Source: Antedon mediterranea (lineage: Eukaryota > Animalia > Echinodermata). Taken from it: a DNA stretch of 64,000 bases. The notes beneath the pieces were generated by a model that was not told the DNA's origin, ran no database searches, and worked only from the letters and a program-made list of their open reading frames with translations. The stretch covers positions 23,572,070 through 23,636,069 of the forward strand of contig NC_092671.1 in NCBI RefSeq assembly GCF_964355755.1, given 5' to 3'. A program made the position numbers and the translations under genes. Shown here one piece after another: positions 1-13,114 of the stretch. How positions within the stretch are numbered: the stretch's first letter is position 1; the number at the start of each line of letters is the position of its first letter.

Positions 1-99
1 CCAGCAGGGTTCCCATCCCCCATGGGCTATTCCATTATCAAAAAATCAAACAAAATCACTGAACCATAACATTAATTAAGAGTGAACACGATTTATTTA

Positions 100-180
100 C
101 CATCAAAGTCATACTACTTATTCGAATTTTTTTAATATTTCAAAAGTGATAAACCTCTGTACGCTTTCATTGGGATACCT
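100..180. mobile_element. Right-end remnant of a Kolobok-like MITE
   Basis: CATTGGGATACCT at 168-180 matches the right TIR of the element at 47748-49774; left boundary approximate. Confidence 0.4.
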
Positions 181-615
181 AATATTAAACATGGAATATA
201 TTGATTTTGCATGTATTTTTTTATGTTGACGTTGGTGTATTTATAATTCGCTAAGCCAAGGTAGGATTAAATTAATAGCGTAAGCCTACTGTATAAAGAG
301 GCCGCCGAAACTTGACTCGACTCCGATGTCGATTCGGCCAACGATGTCGTCTCGTCCGGCTAAATTAGGCTAACCAGTCAGTGCATAGGGTGGCTACAAA
401 ATAGTGAACAGTACATTGTTAATTTGCATTGTCCATGCTTTTTCTAAAGGCGATGACAATGGTGTTAACCCTACGATCGACGCGTAGATAATTATAACAA
501 CATTAGGCTACGATCTAGGCCTACATGTGTAAATACAGTGGTGGTCGTCGCCATGAAAGTGGTGGTCGGAAATTCCGAGTGGTGGACGGGGCCGACCACC
601 CTGGCGAGAACCCTG
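181..615. mobile_element. Right part of a hAT-like MITE carrying the shared internal module
   Basis: Ends in GGCGAGAACCCTG (CAGGGTT-type terminus) with repeated GTGGTGG subterminal motifs; ~190-495 is the reverse complement of ~27275-27665. Left TIR and TSD not found. Confidence 0.5.
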
Positions 616-3600
616 AGAGTCAAATGTAACGTTGGTAAATTATTCTAATAAATTTCTTCGATACATTTAAACCTAATGCATTAGCATTGTATACTTGCAT
701 AATAAATCTCCCGCACATTACATCAATTTTAAGTTGTTAAATTAATGTGTAAAACCAGATATTCTATGACAGAATAGGACATGTCAATCTCCGACATCGC
801 TGCTGTCACATACCTCGCGTCGAGCTGGCGAGGAAAACTAAACAGCCGTTCAAAATATGGAACGTACCATTCGCTGATAGGGTGCATTAATGTATTAAAC
901 GGAAAACGTCACAACTAGCGCGTACAATATTTTACTCACTACAATGTTCACCGGATTATAATAGTTCAATCTTTGAAATTCGGGATTTACGCCTCATGCA
1001 CCATTTTAAAATGTAGTTCGCACAATTACCATGCACAATACGTTTGTAATCTATGTTTTATCGATGTCAATGTAGATTTAGCTATAATTTAATACCAAAA
1101 TCCATAATATTTTTCCATAAACGGTTATTCAAAATTGTATTTTTTCACCAAAATTTACCTTTCGTTACGAAAAACCTATTTATAGAAGACGATTTTCATA
1201 TCAAATTAAAGCTAATTTTCACAATTTAAAAAATAAAAATGGACATTCTTTATGGTATGTGTGATTTTTCTTTAAAAGATTTGAATAATAAATACTTCAT
1301 ATCGAGGCTTTTAATAAATATTTTTTTATTTTAAGAGAAAAATTCACATAGCATGTGGAACTATATTATCTTGGCGTAGGAAGACAAACAAATTCCAGGT
1401 CATGAGAGGCTCAACTTTAAAAAAAAGGTTGAATAGGGTAAGGTCACTGGTTACTTTTTGAGTAAACAATCTAGCGCGTATGATCGTACGCGCTAGATGA
1501 TACGATATTTTAACTACATTTTTTACTTGTTTGGTTGGATGTAATGGAAATAAAAAATAGTTGATCTGGTGGAATGATTTGTAAATAAACAAACACTTGA
1601 AAGAATTATGTTTACAGTTCAATTATTTTCAGAATAATAATATATAAAAATGTGTTTACCAATGGCCAAATAATCGCGTCAATGACAGAAAAGTGTTGAA
1701 AAAATAGATGCTTACACACTGTTTAATAGGCTAGAGAAACGGTTTCCATCACACTTAATAGCAATACATAATGTAAATTTAAATAAATCCTTTCTAAATA
1801 CTGTACGGATCTTTTTCGACGAACTAATAATAAACTTTGATCGAAAAACCTTCAAACATAATTAACATTTGGTAATGCAGTACTCCGAAAATGCCTCGAT
1901 AGTGCATGTGTTGTGTACCGTGTTTTGGTGGTCTGTTAACCTCAGAGATATATACCCTACAGCCGGGTGAATAACTCAATGTAATTTGGTATACAATGAT
2001 TGCAGTAATCGCCGTGTCTATAACACAAATCAAGAAACGCTAAATACGCCACATACTTTTTTCGGCCGTCCCGTGTACATAAAAGACATTTCATGTTTAT
2101 TTTATGCCTATAAAATAATAAAAGAACACCATGTTTCTCGTTTATTTTTATCGTTTATACTGCATACCATAATATTATACAAAAAACCTTCATGCGCGAG
2201 AAAAAAGTTCCCGATATTACACTCCACTCAGGGGTGTAAATATACCACGCTAACGCTTGCACACATGGACCAGGTTGGCGGAAATTAACTGCAATGGAAA
2301 ATGGTGTATTTTTGGAGAGTGATGACGTCAGTATTCACACGAGGAGCGAGCTAGACAACGTGATGCTGGTAGTTTTAGGAGTGCGTGTGTTTTGAAAATA
2401 ACTCAGTTGTTGGTATTTTCCGAAGATTTTAAATCGCGTTTTCTTTTTAAACTCTTCAATTCATGCATAATAGTAATTGAACTCTTAGCTCTTTCACTGT
2501 GTAGGCCTAGGCCTATTTACACAACTATTAGTGCTAACCCCAGCTCTAGGCCTAGTAGGGCCTAGCCTACTCTTAGTCTTAATTAAAAGATTAATCCACG
2601 TCTAGCGATGGTCAATCGCGGGTAGATTGCATCTTTATTTTTATTTTTTTTTTTGAGAATTAAGGGGGTGGCCACCCTATTCACAACACCCCCCCCCCCC
2701 CCACTAGATCCGCCACTGCGAATGCTTTTTCACTTTTACCTGATCTTTGTTGCGCTTGTATTTCTATATAAAAAATGCACCTAGAGTTGAAATAACACTT
2801 TATATTGCTTCTCTAAACGAACATGTGTGAGCCCTAAAATGTCTGAATTGGTTGTTTGCTATAGAAGTTCCTCGTCTGCTGAAAATATATTGCGCATGAT
2901 TGATCAAATTAAGGTCATGTAATGGAAAATAGCAATGGGAGAAATTTTATTTTTTATCGTTTTTAAATCAATATTTCTCTCAAATGACAGGATAACTTTT
3001 GTGGAACTTTTTGGCTATTAAGCATTCCTATATTATAGTTTAACAATAGACAAAAGTTCTTTTATTATGCTTAATGAGGAATTGGAAAAAATCTTTTCAG
3101 CTTCACCGAAAAGTTGATTTGTGCTGGCTACGACCCTGAAAAAATAACTCTTTGCCACATTGGTTTTATGTATATTTTTATCTAGAAACATGATTTTTGA
3201 TAACGTTATAAAACAAGTATCTACTATTTTTATTGCTATTTTTATATTGGCATTTTTATTAAGATTAAGCATGAGAAAGTCACAATACACAATAAAAGAT
3301 GATTGAATGTATTTTAACAACCAAATAATACTGGTATGTAAAAATGAGAATGAATTCAATGGATTACTATTGTTTAAAAATAAGTGTAACGCTCGTAGCG
3401 TCGTACGTTAATCGGTATACAACAAAAAAACTTCCAACCAGGTTTTGCACTTCATTGATTTATTGTGGTTCAAACTGAAAATGTAACAAAATAATACAAT
3501 AAAGAACTACAATGTATCCAGGTTAAATTAGCAAAATGTAGAAATGGTATTAAGCCTAAACTAAACTAAAGAGAGTAATCAAAGGAAGCAAATAACGAAC

Positions 3601-4245
3601 TTACATCACTGGCCTGTTTGGTGTAATACAAAGGTATGCAAAGGATTACCGCTCACGAAATGAAAAGAACGACAACGACAAGCGCAGCACAGTAAATGGG
3701 AATAATAGAAACAAAAGAACGGGAAATTTACATATTATGTCAGGTGCAGTTTAACATAGCAGAAATAAAGCGTTGCGTTACTAACAATAAGCATTATACT
3801 GATTTCCATATACTTTTGCACTATAAATTGCATTTTATCGGAAAATCGGAAATCAGGCCCGTTCCTTTGCATATTGTACAGTACAACTGGCTGTATATTC
3901 GCAAGCCAACTAAAACAAGTACTGTACAGCCAATAAAAAAGTGGACCCGCTTTGTTCTATTCAATAACAATTATCATAACAATCTGAAATATATGTTAAA
4001 ATACACCAATGAGAAGCAAATAGCACAACAATGAAATTGGTAAAGATCCTAAACAATGTTATTAAAAAAATACACGAAGTTTGTATTGCACAGCATTGTA
4101 GGTTCTAACTATTGTGGGATTAAATTATTTATTATAGTGCTCAGTATTTATTTTTCTCGTGATCAGTAATCTGCAGCTTTGAGGACTAACACGGAAAGTA
4201 TTGGAAAGAGGATGAGTTTTATCTTTCATGATATTTCTAATAATA

Positions 4246-7200
4246 ACTAGACATGAAACTCGTCACTTTGACGAGTTAGTTATCCGCACGACAAACGCCA
4301 CGAGCACGTCATACGTTGGAATATTGCACACAGAAAAAGATTATGACATTATGACCTGGGCTGAAGAATATGATTATGTTGTTATTGCTGAATTCTGTTA
4401 TTTTGTGTCATATAGTATACACAGTATAATCTGTATACATATCACAATCACATACAGTGTAGAATAGGGGAAAATACGGGACCCGCTATTTATTCCAATT
4501 TTTAACATGCTGACGGTTTCAAAATGAAACGCGAAGGTAGCAATTTCATAAGGAAATTATCTCAGCAACAACATATTAGCGTGTACAAGAAATTTGAATA
4601 CGTGAAATATTGATGCGCGCTCTTTTAAATGTAATGAATTATAACGCAAAAGTTGAAAATACGACTTTTTTTATATAACTGGCCATATGATGACGTCACA
4701 ACATCCGATTAGCAAAATGTTCACATGATTTTGTATCTACAATTCAATAGCTTCCAGAAAACGTTTTAATCATGATTATCACATTTCATTCTTATGAGCT
4801 ATAACAGATTAAATTTTACTGTAAATATGAAATTTATGCCACATGTAATTTAAATTTTTAGGCATGATGACGTCATAAAAATAAAAATATTTTTAACTCG
4901 TGCGAAAGATAGTTGATTGACCTAGACAATATCAAAATCGGGGTGAAAATGGAAAACGGATAAGTGTAGATGCGCTCTATTAAATGTGATGAGCTATGAA
5001 GAAAGATACAAAAATCCTAAATTTTATATTCGCGTGGCCTTACGATGACATCACAATGTCCTGTTAGCCATATTAATGCATGATCCGATATCTACAACTC
5101 ATCAACTTCCAGAATATGTAATAAAAATAACTTTCATTGTTTAGTATAGAAATTACGACTGTTTAAAAAAAGGCTTAATTTTGACGAATTTTTGATTTTT
5201 TTCATCAAAAACCCGTGCAAATTGTTCAATTCTACGTGCTCGTATAACGTCATTTTAAGTCAAAATTGTTTAAAAGTTTGTAAAATTACTAGAAAAGGCT
5301 GGAAAAACATAAATCACTCGAAAAAGGAATGTTTTTAACGCTACGTGCGCACCGCGCACGTAAAAAATTGCGGGTGCGTGGGAATTTTTGACATGCTCTA
5401 AATGACATGAAACGCGTAGAAAGTCGATTAGAAATTGTTTTTTCGCTTTTTTTAAATTTTAAATGCGCGTGCGCGCGTAAATTTGTGTAAAACTCGCAAT
5501 TTTTTTTCCACAGAAAGTTAGCGCACGATATAAATTAAACTTCTGCAAAGTTTCAATTCAAAATGTTATTTGGTTTTTGACCTATGTTAAATACGCGAAA
5601 TTCATAAAATCGCGCGTAAGTCACGTTGCGCAACTCTGACGTCATTCAAAAATAGGAGGTGCACAACTTCACATAAATGCCCACATGTTGTCAAAGTTAT
5701 GAAATGTTACGTTTACACATGTTAGAGAAACGCTCTACACAAAAATGGAAGGAAAGAAATAAGAATAATACAGAAAAACTAGATTTGAACTCGTCACTTT
5801 GACGAGTTCGGGTTATCCGCGCAAACGCAACATGCACAAACTTAACCATATGAACCTCGACAATTATTATTCCATCCTATGACATGAAATAAAAATGTTT
5901 ACAGTGCTGAATTGTACCTATTTTGTAGCATACATCATATTACAGTATTTACAGAATACGCTGTATATGTTATGATACAGTGTAGCATAGACGATATTAC
6001 GAGACCCATCTTTGAAATCCAATTATTAACACGATGACGTCATCAAATCGACGTATAAAGATAACAATTTTAGAAGATAATTATCTAAATAATTACATTA
6101 ATACAAATTTTAAGAAATTTAAATCCGTAAAATATAGATGCGCGCTCTTTTAAATGTGATGAACTATGACGCAAAATATGAAAATACGACTTTTTGTATT
6201 CAACTGGCCATATGATGACGTCACAACATCTAATTGGCAAAATATTCACATGAATCTGTATCTACAATCCAATAGCTTCCAGAAAACGTTTTAATCATGA
6301 TGATCACTTTTTATTCTGACGAGCTATAACAGATTGAAATTTACTGTAAAGATGAAAATAGGTGACCCACGTTATTTACATTTTTAGACATGATGACGTC
6401 ATAAAAATTAAAATATTTTTAACTCATGCGAAAGATAGTTGTTGACCTAGACAGTATTAAAATATCTTAGGAAATGGAATACGTATAAGCGATATGCGCT
6501 CTATTTAATGTAATGAGCAATAGCGAAACAGTAAAAAATCCAATATTTTACATTCGTGTGGCCATACGATGACGTCATAACATCCGAGGGGTAAAGATTC
6601 TGCATGAATTCATATCTACAACATATCTGCTTACATATTAAATTAAAAAAATTGGGGGTAACGGTTGATCCTGAGGAGCTATAATAGATTCAAAGTAGGC
6701 ATAATTTTGACAATATTTTGTCACTTTTGCAACTAAAAGGCACGCAAATTGTCTAAATCAACGTGTTCGTATGACGTCATTTTAATTTGAAATGATGTAA
6801 ATCTTTTTTAAAATGACTAAGAAAGGCTGTAAAATCATAATTCAAGAAAAAAACACATGATTTTCATGCTCCGTGCGCACCTTACACGTAATTTTTTTCG
6901 CGCGCGTGGGAATTTTTGACATGCTAAAAATGTCATGATCAGCGTAGAAAGTTGATTAGAAATTAATTTTGCGCATTTTGAAATTTTAAATGCGCGTGCG
7001 CGCGTAACTTCTTGTGAAACATGTCATTTTTAATCAATAGAAAGTTTGCCCTTGATATGACTTAAATTTTCACCAAGTGTCAATACAAAACGACTTTTGG
7101 TTTATAATCTATGACGAATCATTGAAATTCATAAAATCGCGTGTAACTTACGCTGCGCAACTCTAACGTCATATAACAAAGTTTCTTGCACATCTACAGC

Positions 7201-7425
7201 TGCAGGTCAATCTTTTGACAAAGTTATACAATCTTATGTTGACAAGGATGAGAGATATGCGACGCACAAAAATCCGGGAAAGAAAGAAGAATAACAAAGA
7301 AGATGAAAAAAAAGATATTTACAATCACAAGGGTTATCCGCAACTTCTAAGTTGCGGATAACCAAAAAAAAAAAAATGATGATCCCATACAATCACAAGG
7401 AGTTATCCGCCGAGTGCGGATAACA
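4246..7425 (-). mobile_element. Helentron/DINE-1-like non-autonomous element, copy 1 (4246-5778 plus 7365-7425), interrupted by copy 2
   Basis: On the minus strand: 5' hairpin GTTATCCGC..GCGGATAAC (7402-7424); 3' subTIR GCGGATAAC, then stem-loop AACTCGTCA-AAG-TGACGAGTT, then TCTAG; no TSD, T-rich target; internal ~358-bp duplication. Confidence 0.75.
5779..7364 (-). mobile_element. Helentron/DINE-1-like element, copy 2
   Basis: Same ends (CTAG 5779-5782, stem-loop ~5788-5808, hairpin GGTTATCCGCAACT..AGTTGCGGATAACC ~7332-7363); colinear with copy 1. Confidence 0.75.
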
Positions 7426-7735
7426 TAATAATAATAATACCACATTTATATAGCGCCCTTTTCATGAGTAATCATGTTCAAAGGCGCTTTACAAGCATTA
7501 TTACCCCAGTATTTTTTTGGGATCAAACACGTATGGAAACATACTCCCATAATGCAGGTAACCAGCGCAAAGTTGTGTTTAGATCTAACTGGGTACCCAT
7601 TTATACACCTGGGTGGAGAGAGGCAACGTAAGTAAAGTATCTTGCCTACGGATACAAGCAATGCGGCGAGAGTTGGATTCGAACCTAGGTCTGACGATCG
7701 GTAGTCCAACGTCCAACACACTGCGCCATACGCCC
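7426..7735 (-). mobile_element. tRNA-derived SINE with CORE-like middle and L2-type tail
   Basis: Minus strand: A-box-like TGGCGCAGTG, B box GGTTCGAATCC, GGCAAGATACTT..CCACCCAGGTGTATAAATGGGTACC, tail AAAGCGCCTTTGA..GGCGCTATATAAAT followed by (TAT)n. Confidence 0.8.
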
Positions 7736-7990
7736 TTACTAATCTTATTTAAAATAAAGTATTTTTTTTTAACCAATCCAGTGACGCGACTTGAGCGTCT
7801 TCAAATAATTGTTTGGAATTCCAATTCGATTGGGAACTTTCGTAGTCAACATCAAGATTTGTTTCATACTTTTTGTATTTGAATTGTAAACGGATGGTGC
7901 TCAACAAAAAATCATTCAAATTGAAAATGAGAAAAATCTCACTGCTCCAAATACTTTGTTAAATAGGTACTCAATGGAAAAACTGTATTC

Positions 7991-8470
7991 AATAATAATA
8001 ATAATAATAATTTAGGTATTTGTATAGCACCAAAATCAACTAAACCGAAGTAAAAATCAAAGGCGCTTATATTGGATGTTAAAAAGATGCGTTTTAAGTT
8101 CTTTTTAAAAAATAGCAATAGAAGTTGAATGAGTAAAATGACGAGGGAGAGAATTCCAAAGAGAAGCAGCAGCAGAGAACATAAAAGGCCTTTGTCCATA
8201 AGACTTGGTGTTAATTCTAGGAACAAGTAGTAGGTTTTGATCAGCCGAACGAAGACGAGCAAGAGGGGTGTAGGTGGGAAGAAGATCAAGGAGATAAGTA
8301 GGTTGTTTAAGAAGTAGCGCTTTAAATGTTAGTAAAAGGATCTTATATTTTATACGGGAGTCAATAGGTAGCCAATAGAGGTTATATAAAATAGGAGATA
8401 TGTGTGAGGATCTTCTAGTAAGAGTTAGAATGCGTGCAGCAGTGTTCTGGAGACGTTTAAGTCGATTCAT
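7991..8470 (-). mobile_element. L2-clade LINE 3' end (continues the 19004-19980 fragment)
   Basis: ORF 8105-8470 RLQNTAARIL..HISPILYNLYWLPIDSRIKYKILLLTFKAL..LWNSLP, then a short 3' UTR and (TAT)n tail. Confidence 0.85.
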
Positions 8471-8778
8471 TGAAGATTTTGGTAGGGCAAAAAAAAGAGT
8501 GTATTATGTATAAAATTATTAATAAAAGTGCTCCAACTTACCTGGATACAATTACCCTGACGAGACAACGTCACAATCACAGTACAAGATTTGCTAGAGA
8601 CAGCATTTCGATCCAAATTCCAGTCATAGGAACTCACAACAGGTCAACTTTCTTAATAACTAGCATTCAGTTATGGAATTCACTCCCCTATTTTGTTCAA
8701 AGCTCCTCTTCATTACAATTATGTAAACAGAGATCTAAAGGCTACTTTTGTGAAATTCTTAGATTAAGAGAAATTTAA
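8470..8778 (+). mobile_element. CR1-group LINE ORF2 C-terminal fragment; probable 3' UTR at ~18896-19003
   Basis: MYKIINKSAPTYL..HNHSTR..SIQLWNSLP; abuts the L2 break point; a UTR-like segment (GGACCACAATGGAAATAAG) resumes after the Helentron array. Confidence 0.65.
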
Positions 8779-10141
8779 TTAGTTATCCGCTTGGTAGAGC
8801 GGATAACTCCTTGTAACTGTCCTGTTTCATCATCTTTTTTTTCTTTTCTGTATTATACTTTCCTTCTGTCATTTTTGTTTGTCGCGTTTCTCTAAAACGT
8901 GTAAAAAGAACATATCGTAACTTTGTCAACATATCAACATTTACGTGAACTTGTGCACCTTCAATTTTTGAATTACGTCAGAGTTGCGCAACTTGACTTA
9001 CGCGATTTTATGAATTTCAATGATTGATCATCGATTATAAAACAAAAGTCATTTTGTATTTACACTTACTGATCACGGGCAAACTTTCTATGGATTAAAA
9101 ATGGCATGTTTTACAAGAAGTTATTAATTTCTAATCAACTTTCTACGCTGATCATGACATTTTGATCATGTCAAAAATTCCCACGCGCGCGAAAAATTTT
9201 ACGCGTAAGGTGCGCACTGAGCTTGAAAATCATGTTTTTTTCTCTTGAATAATGATTTTACAGCCTTTCCTAGTCATTAAAAAAAAGATTGACATCATTT
9301 CAAATTAAAATGACGTCATACGAACACTTTGATTTAGACCATTTGCGCGCGTTTTAGTTGAAAAAGTTATAAAATATTGTCAAAATTATGCCTATTTTGA
9401 ATCTATTATAGCTCTTCAGGATCAAAGGTGACCCCCAATTTTTTTTACTTATTATGTAAGAAGATAAATTGTAGATATGAATTCATGCAGAATTTTTACC
9501 TCTCGGAAGTTATGACGTCATCGTATGGCCACACGAATGTAAAATATAGGATTTTTGTCTCTTTCGTTATTGCTCATCACATTGAACAGAGCGCATCTTG
9601 CTTATACGTATTCCATTTCCCCCGAGATTTTAATATTGTCTACGTCAATCAACTATCTTTCGCATGAGTTAAAAATATTTTAATTTTTATGACGTCATCA
9701 TGTCTAAAAATTTAAATAACGTGGGTCACTTATTTTCATCTTTACAGTAAATTTCAATCCGTTACAGCTCGTCAGAATAAAAAGTGATAATCATGATTAA
9801 AACGTTTTCTGGAAGCTATTGGATTGTACATACGAATTCATGTGAATATTTTGCCAATCGGATGTTGTGACGTCATCATATGGCCACTTGACTTTAAAAA
9901 GTCGTATTTTCATCTTTTGCGTCATAGTTCATTACATTTAAAAGAGCGTGCATCAATATTTCACGTTTTCAAATTTCTTCTACACATTAATATGTTGTTG
10001 CTGAGATAATTTCCTTGGGAAATTGCTACCTTCGCATTTCATTTTGAAACCATCAACATGTTAAAAATTGGAATAAATAGCGGGTCCAGTAATTTCACCT
10101 ATTCTACATGTGATATACAGATTATATTGTGTATACTACTA

Positions 10142-10841
10142 CCGTACTGACGCGGGTATAAGCCCACCCCCCTCGAACATGAAATCACGTCAAGTTTGGG
10201 GGGGTGGGCTTATACCCGAGGATCCAAAAATGCAGATCGTCAAAAACAGCACATGTACACTGTGTATTCCACCATGCGAGCGAGCGCCCTCACGTGTACG
10301 ACGTTGCCTCTATACACGAGGTGTAGAGTGTCGGGAAATTAAGCTTATAGTTTGTGTAATTTATCGTAGAATATCTTATTTTAAACATCAATTGAACAAG
10401 AATTTATCAAGCAGAAAAGCAAGTATACAATGTTCGTTAAATAGAAATGTACCAAAGAAATTTAATAAGCTTGTTTATGGCAGCCGATACCAAATAGTGG
10501 TTTTCCGTTTTGGCGACTTGTTTGTAGCGTCGTGTGTGAAGCGATCTTCGACCGCGATGGAGTGTAAACAAAACAGGACCGCTAGGCCTCATATGGCCTA
10601 GCCATGGAGTCTTTACTCCATGGGCCTAGCGTATATTAGCCTAGCTTTTGGTTATGATCAAAGGTAGGTGTATTCGGTGTATGGACGTCGCCAAATACAA
10701 AATAATGTATTACGACACACACTGTAGATCTTCGAATTAATGGGTGGGCTTATACCCGAGTGCCTCATTTTTCATGAAAATTAGTCAAAAGTCGGGGGTG
10801 GGCTTATACCCGAGTATGGGCTTATACCCGCGTCAGTACGG
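10142..10841. mobile_element. Tc1/mariner-pogo-type MITE (700 bp)
   Basis: TIR CCGTACTGACGCGGGTATAAGCCC at both ends, TA on both sides, repeated GGGCTTATACCCG motifs; absent from the homologous position in copy 1 (~4410). Confidence 0.85.
10603..10622. repeat. 20-bp hairpin insertion with 8-bp direct repeats (putative excision footprint)
   Basis: GGCCTAGC|CATGGAGT-CTTT-ACTCCATG|GGCCTAGC. Confidence 0.7.
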
Positions 10842-10914
10842 TATATGACACAAAATATACAGCATTCAGCACTAACAACATATCATATTCTTCAATTCAG
10901 GTCATAATGCCTTA

Positions 10915-11847
10915 CGCCCGTATTCTTAAACCGGACTTTAGTCGTAGTTCGAGCTAAAACTAAAAAAATGACGTCATTTTAATTCATAAACCGATCTTTA
11001 ACTAAATCACCGACTAAATCAGGCCAACCTCGACTAAATCGAGACGGATTTTGATCGATTTTTTTAGTCCTGGAGGGGGCAGGCTAAATGGTCGACTAAA
11101 TGGTTTTTAAACGATGTTTATAAAAAACGTAACAGTCATTGAGTTGTTATATTGGCCAGATAGTGAAGAATGAAATATCTATATTTATATTAGCTTAATT
11201 AAATATACATTGGTATAAGTTACAATAATGAAAATCATCTTTATTTACAACTTTATACAAATTACATTATTTTCTTCGCGCAAGTCCGACTTGAACTACG
11301 TCACGCCATAGCGACAATGGGAGATGCGGCAATTCACCACGCGATGGAATGTTTAGGGGGCCTAGCGCTTTCTTGTCACGCTATGAAGTACGTGGTTCGT
11401 CGCGATCAAACTTTGTTGGAGGCCTAGAAAATATGAAAGTTACCGTACCGCCATGGTTCCTAAATATATTTTGAAGATTTTGTTTGTTTTTAATCAAAAG
11501 TACTTCACTGTTAAATTAATGCTGATCTTGTTCTAATAATTAACGATTAAAATTATTTTTCATGTATATAGGCTAGTCCTGATGCGTAAAAAGTTTTGTA
11601 AGAAAATGGAAAGTGATATCAATTCGCAAAATTTCGTCTGCTCCTCAAATACTCTCTTGTCATTGGCCAATGTTTAGCCTTTTTTACCCAGACGTGTGCA
11701 ACTTGACTAAAAGCTCGACTTCATTAAGTCGAACTGCAAACTTCGACTACTTCGTTTTTGAATCGAATTTGAAGTAATAGCTCGAACTACGACTTTTTCA
11801 AGTCGAACTTCGAACTACGACTAAAGTCCGGTTTAAGAATACGGGCG
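10915..11847. mobile_element. MITE, probably PIF/Harbinger type
   Basis: ~38-bp TIR CGCCCGTATTCTTAAACCGGACTTTAGTCGTAGTTCGA; flanks TTA and TAA; absent from the homologous site in copy 1. Confidence 0.8.
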
Positions 11848-12331
11848 TAAATCTTTTTCTGTATGCAATATTCCAATGTAGGACGTGCATGTAGCGTTTG
11901 TCGAGCAGATAACTAACTCGTCAAAGTGACGAGTTTCATGTCTATAGAGTTAGTTATCCGCTTAGCAGCGGAAACTTTTTGTAACTGTCCTGTTTCATCA
12001 TCTTTTTGGTTATCCGCAACTTAGTAGTTGCGGATAACCCTTCTTTTTAGTTATCCGCTTAGTAGCGGATAACTCCTTGTGATTGTATTGGATCAATATT
12101 TTTTTTTTCTGTATTATTCTTATTTCTTTCCCGTTTTTTTATGGCTCACGTATCTCTAAAATGTGTAAACATAATATTTCATAACTTTGGCAACATGTGG
12201 GCATTTACGTGAAGTTGTGCACCTCCTATTTTGAATGACGTCAGAGTTGCGCAACGTGTCTTACGCGCGAATTATATTTTTCAAGCCTTTCCTAGTAATT
12301 TTGAAAACAATTTAGACCTTTTCCAGTTTAA

Positions 12332-12991
12332 CCCTTTCACTGCGGAGCATTATTCCCACCTCTGTGCGTATATATATTTAAGAAAAACATGATATTTTAA
12401 TTAATTGCAAAAAAATACTAATTGAGATAATTGTGTAATTATTTTTGTGGTGTGTGATGGGCAAAGGGTTAGTGTACAGTTAGGTATAAAAAAAAAAGTA
12501 ATTTGCATATTGATGACGTCATGTGACGTCATTACATGTATTTTGGATTTCGTGTTTTTTATCGAATCAATGATAAAAACTATATTTTCTATAAGAAATT
12601 CTTATGGAATACGTTTTTCCAACTGGATATTGATGAAGATACGTATAACAAATAGGAATATTTAAAAAAATTGAATTATTTTTATTGCTTTATAAAAACT
12701 ATGCACAAATCAAAGTTTTGGGGTAAAATTGTGAAAATAATGACATTTTCCAAAAATTCACTATAGTACAAAAACTAACCATTGTTTCAGAATTTGTTTT
12801 TTTGCGTGTTGTGATAAACACCATGTTGCCCTATCAGGGCTGGTAAATTTGTGTTACTTTCAAGATGGCCACCATTACGCTACTCAACACAACTTTCCAA
12901 GATAGAAATACTATTATATATACTATACTATATATAATATAACTATAGAGGGCGCATTATTTTCAAGACGATAATACAACTATAGAGGGCT
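12332..12991. mobile_element. piggyBac-like non-autonomous element, left part (probably resumes at 17741-~17895; right TIR not found)
   Basis: Helentron homology stops at TTAA (12328-12331), followed by CCCTTTCACTGC, a piggyBac-type terminus. Confidence 0.55.
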
Positions 12992-13114
12992 TAGTAGGCC
13001 TGTTAAGTGACCCAATCCTTCAAATTGTGATAACATTCTGAAACTTTGCACAGTTATTCATTAGGGTGTCAAAAATATGAAATGGAAGGGTTGCACAAAA
13101 TTTGGTCAGGGGAA

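Larger units (their letters stand above)
8779..11944 (+). mobile_element. Helentron/DINE-1-like element, copy 3, with two nested MITEs
   Basis: Begins TTAGTTATCCGCT..AGCGGATAACT and ends GATAACTAACTCGTCAAAGTGACGAGTTTCATGTCTA; reverse complement of copies 1 and 2. Confidence 0.75.

Noticed and set aside
1469-1498. Palindrome ATCTAGCGCGTA..TACGCGCTAGAT (also 17852-17874 and 27122-27148) as further footprints
   Set aside because: No convincing flanking direct repeats.
3386-3783. Solo LTR (TGTAACGC...GCGTTAC)
   Set aside because: The 3' end is not CA, there is no convincing TSD, and no second copy is present in the window.
7660-7735. tRNA gene (also 38557-38630)
   Set aside because: A and B boxes are present but there is no full cloverleaf, and SINE body and tail follow.
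12447-12665. Duplicated 72-aa gene (identical to 17378-17596)
   Set aside because: Chance ORF in the duplicated non-coding flank; no ATG start and no recognisable motifs.
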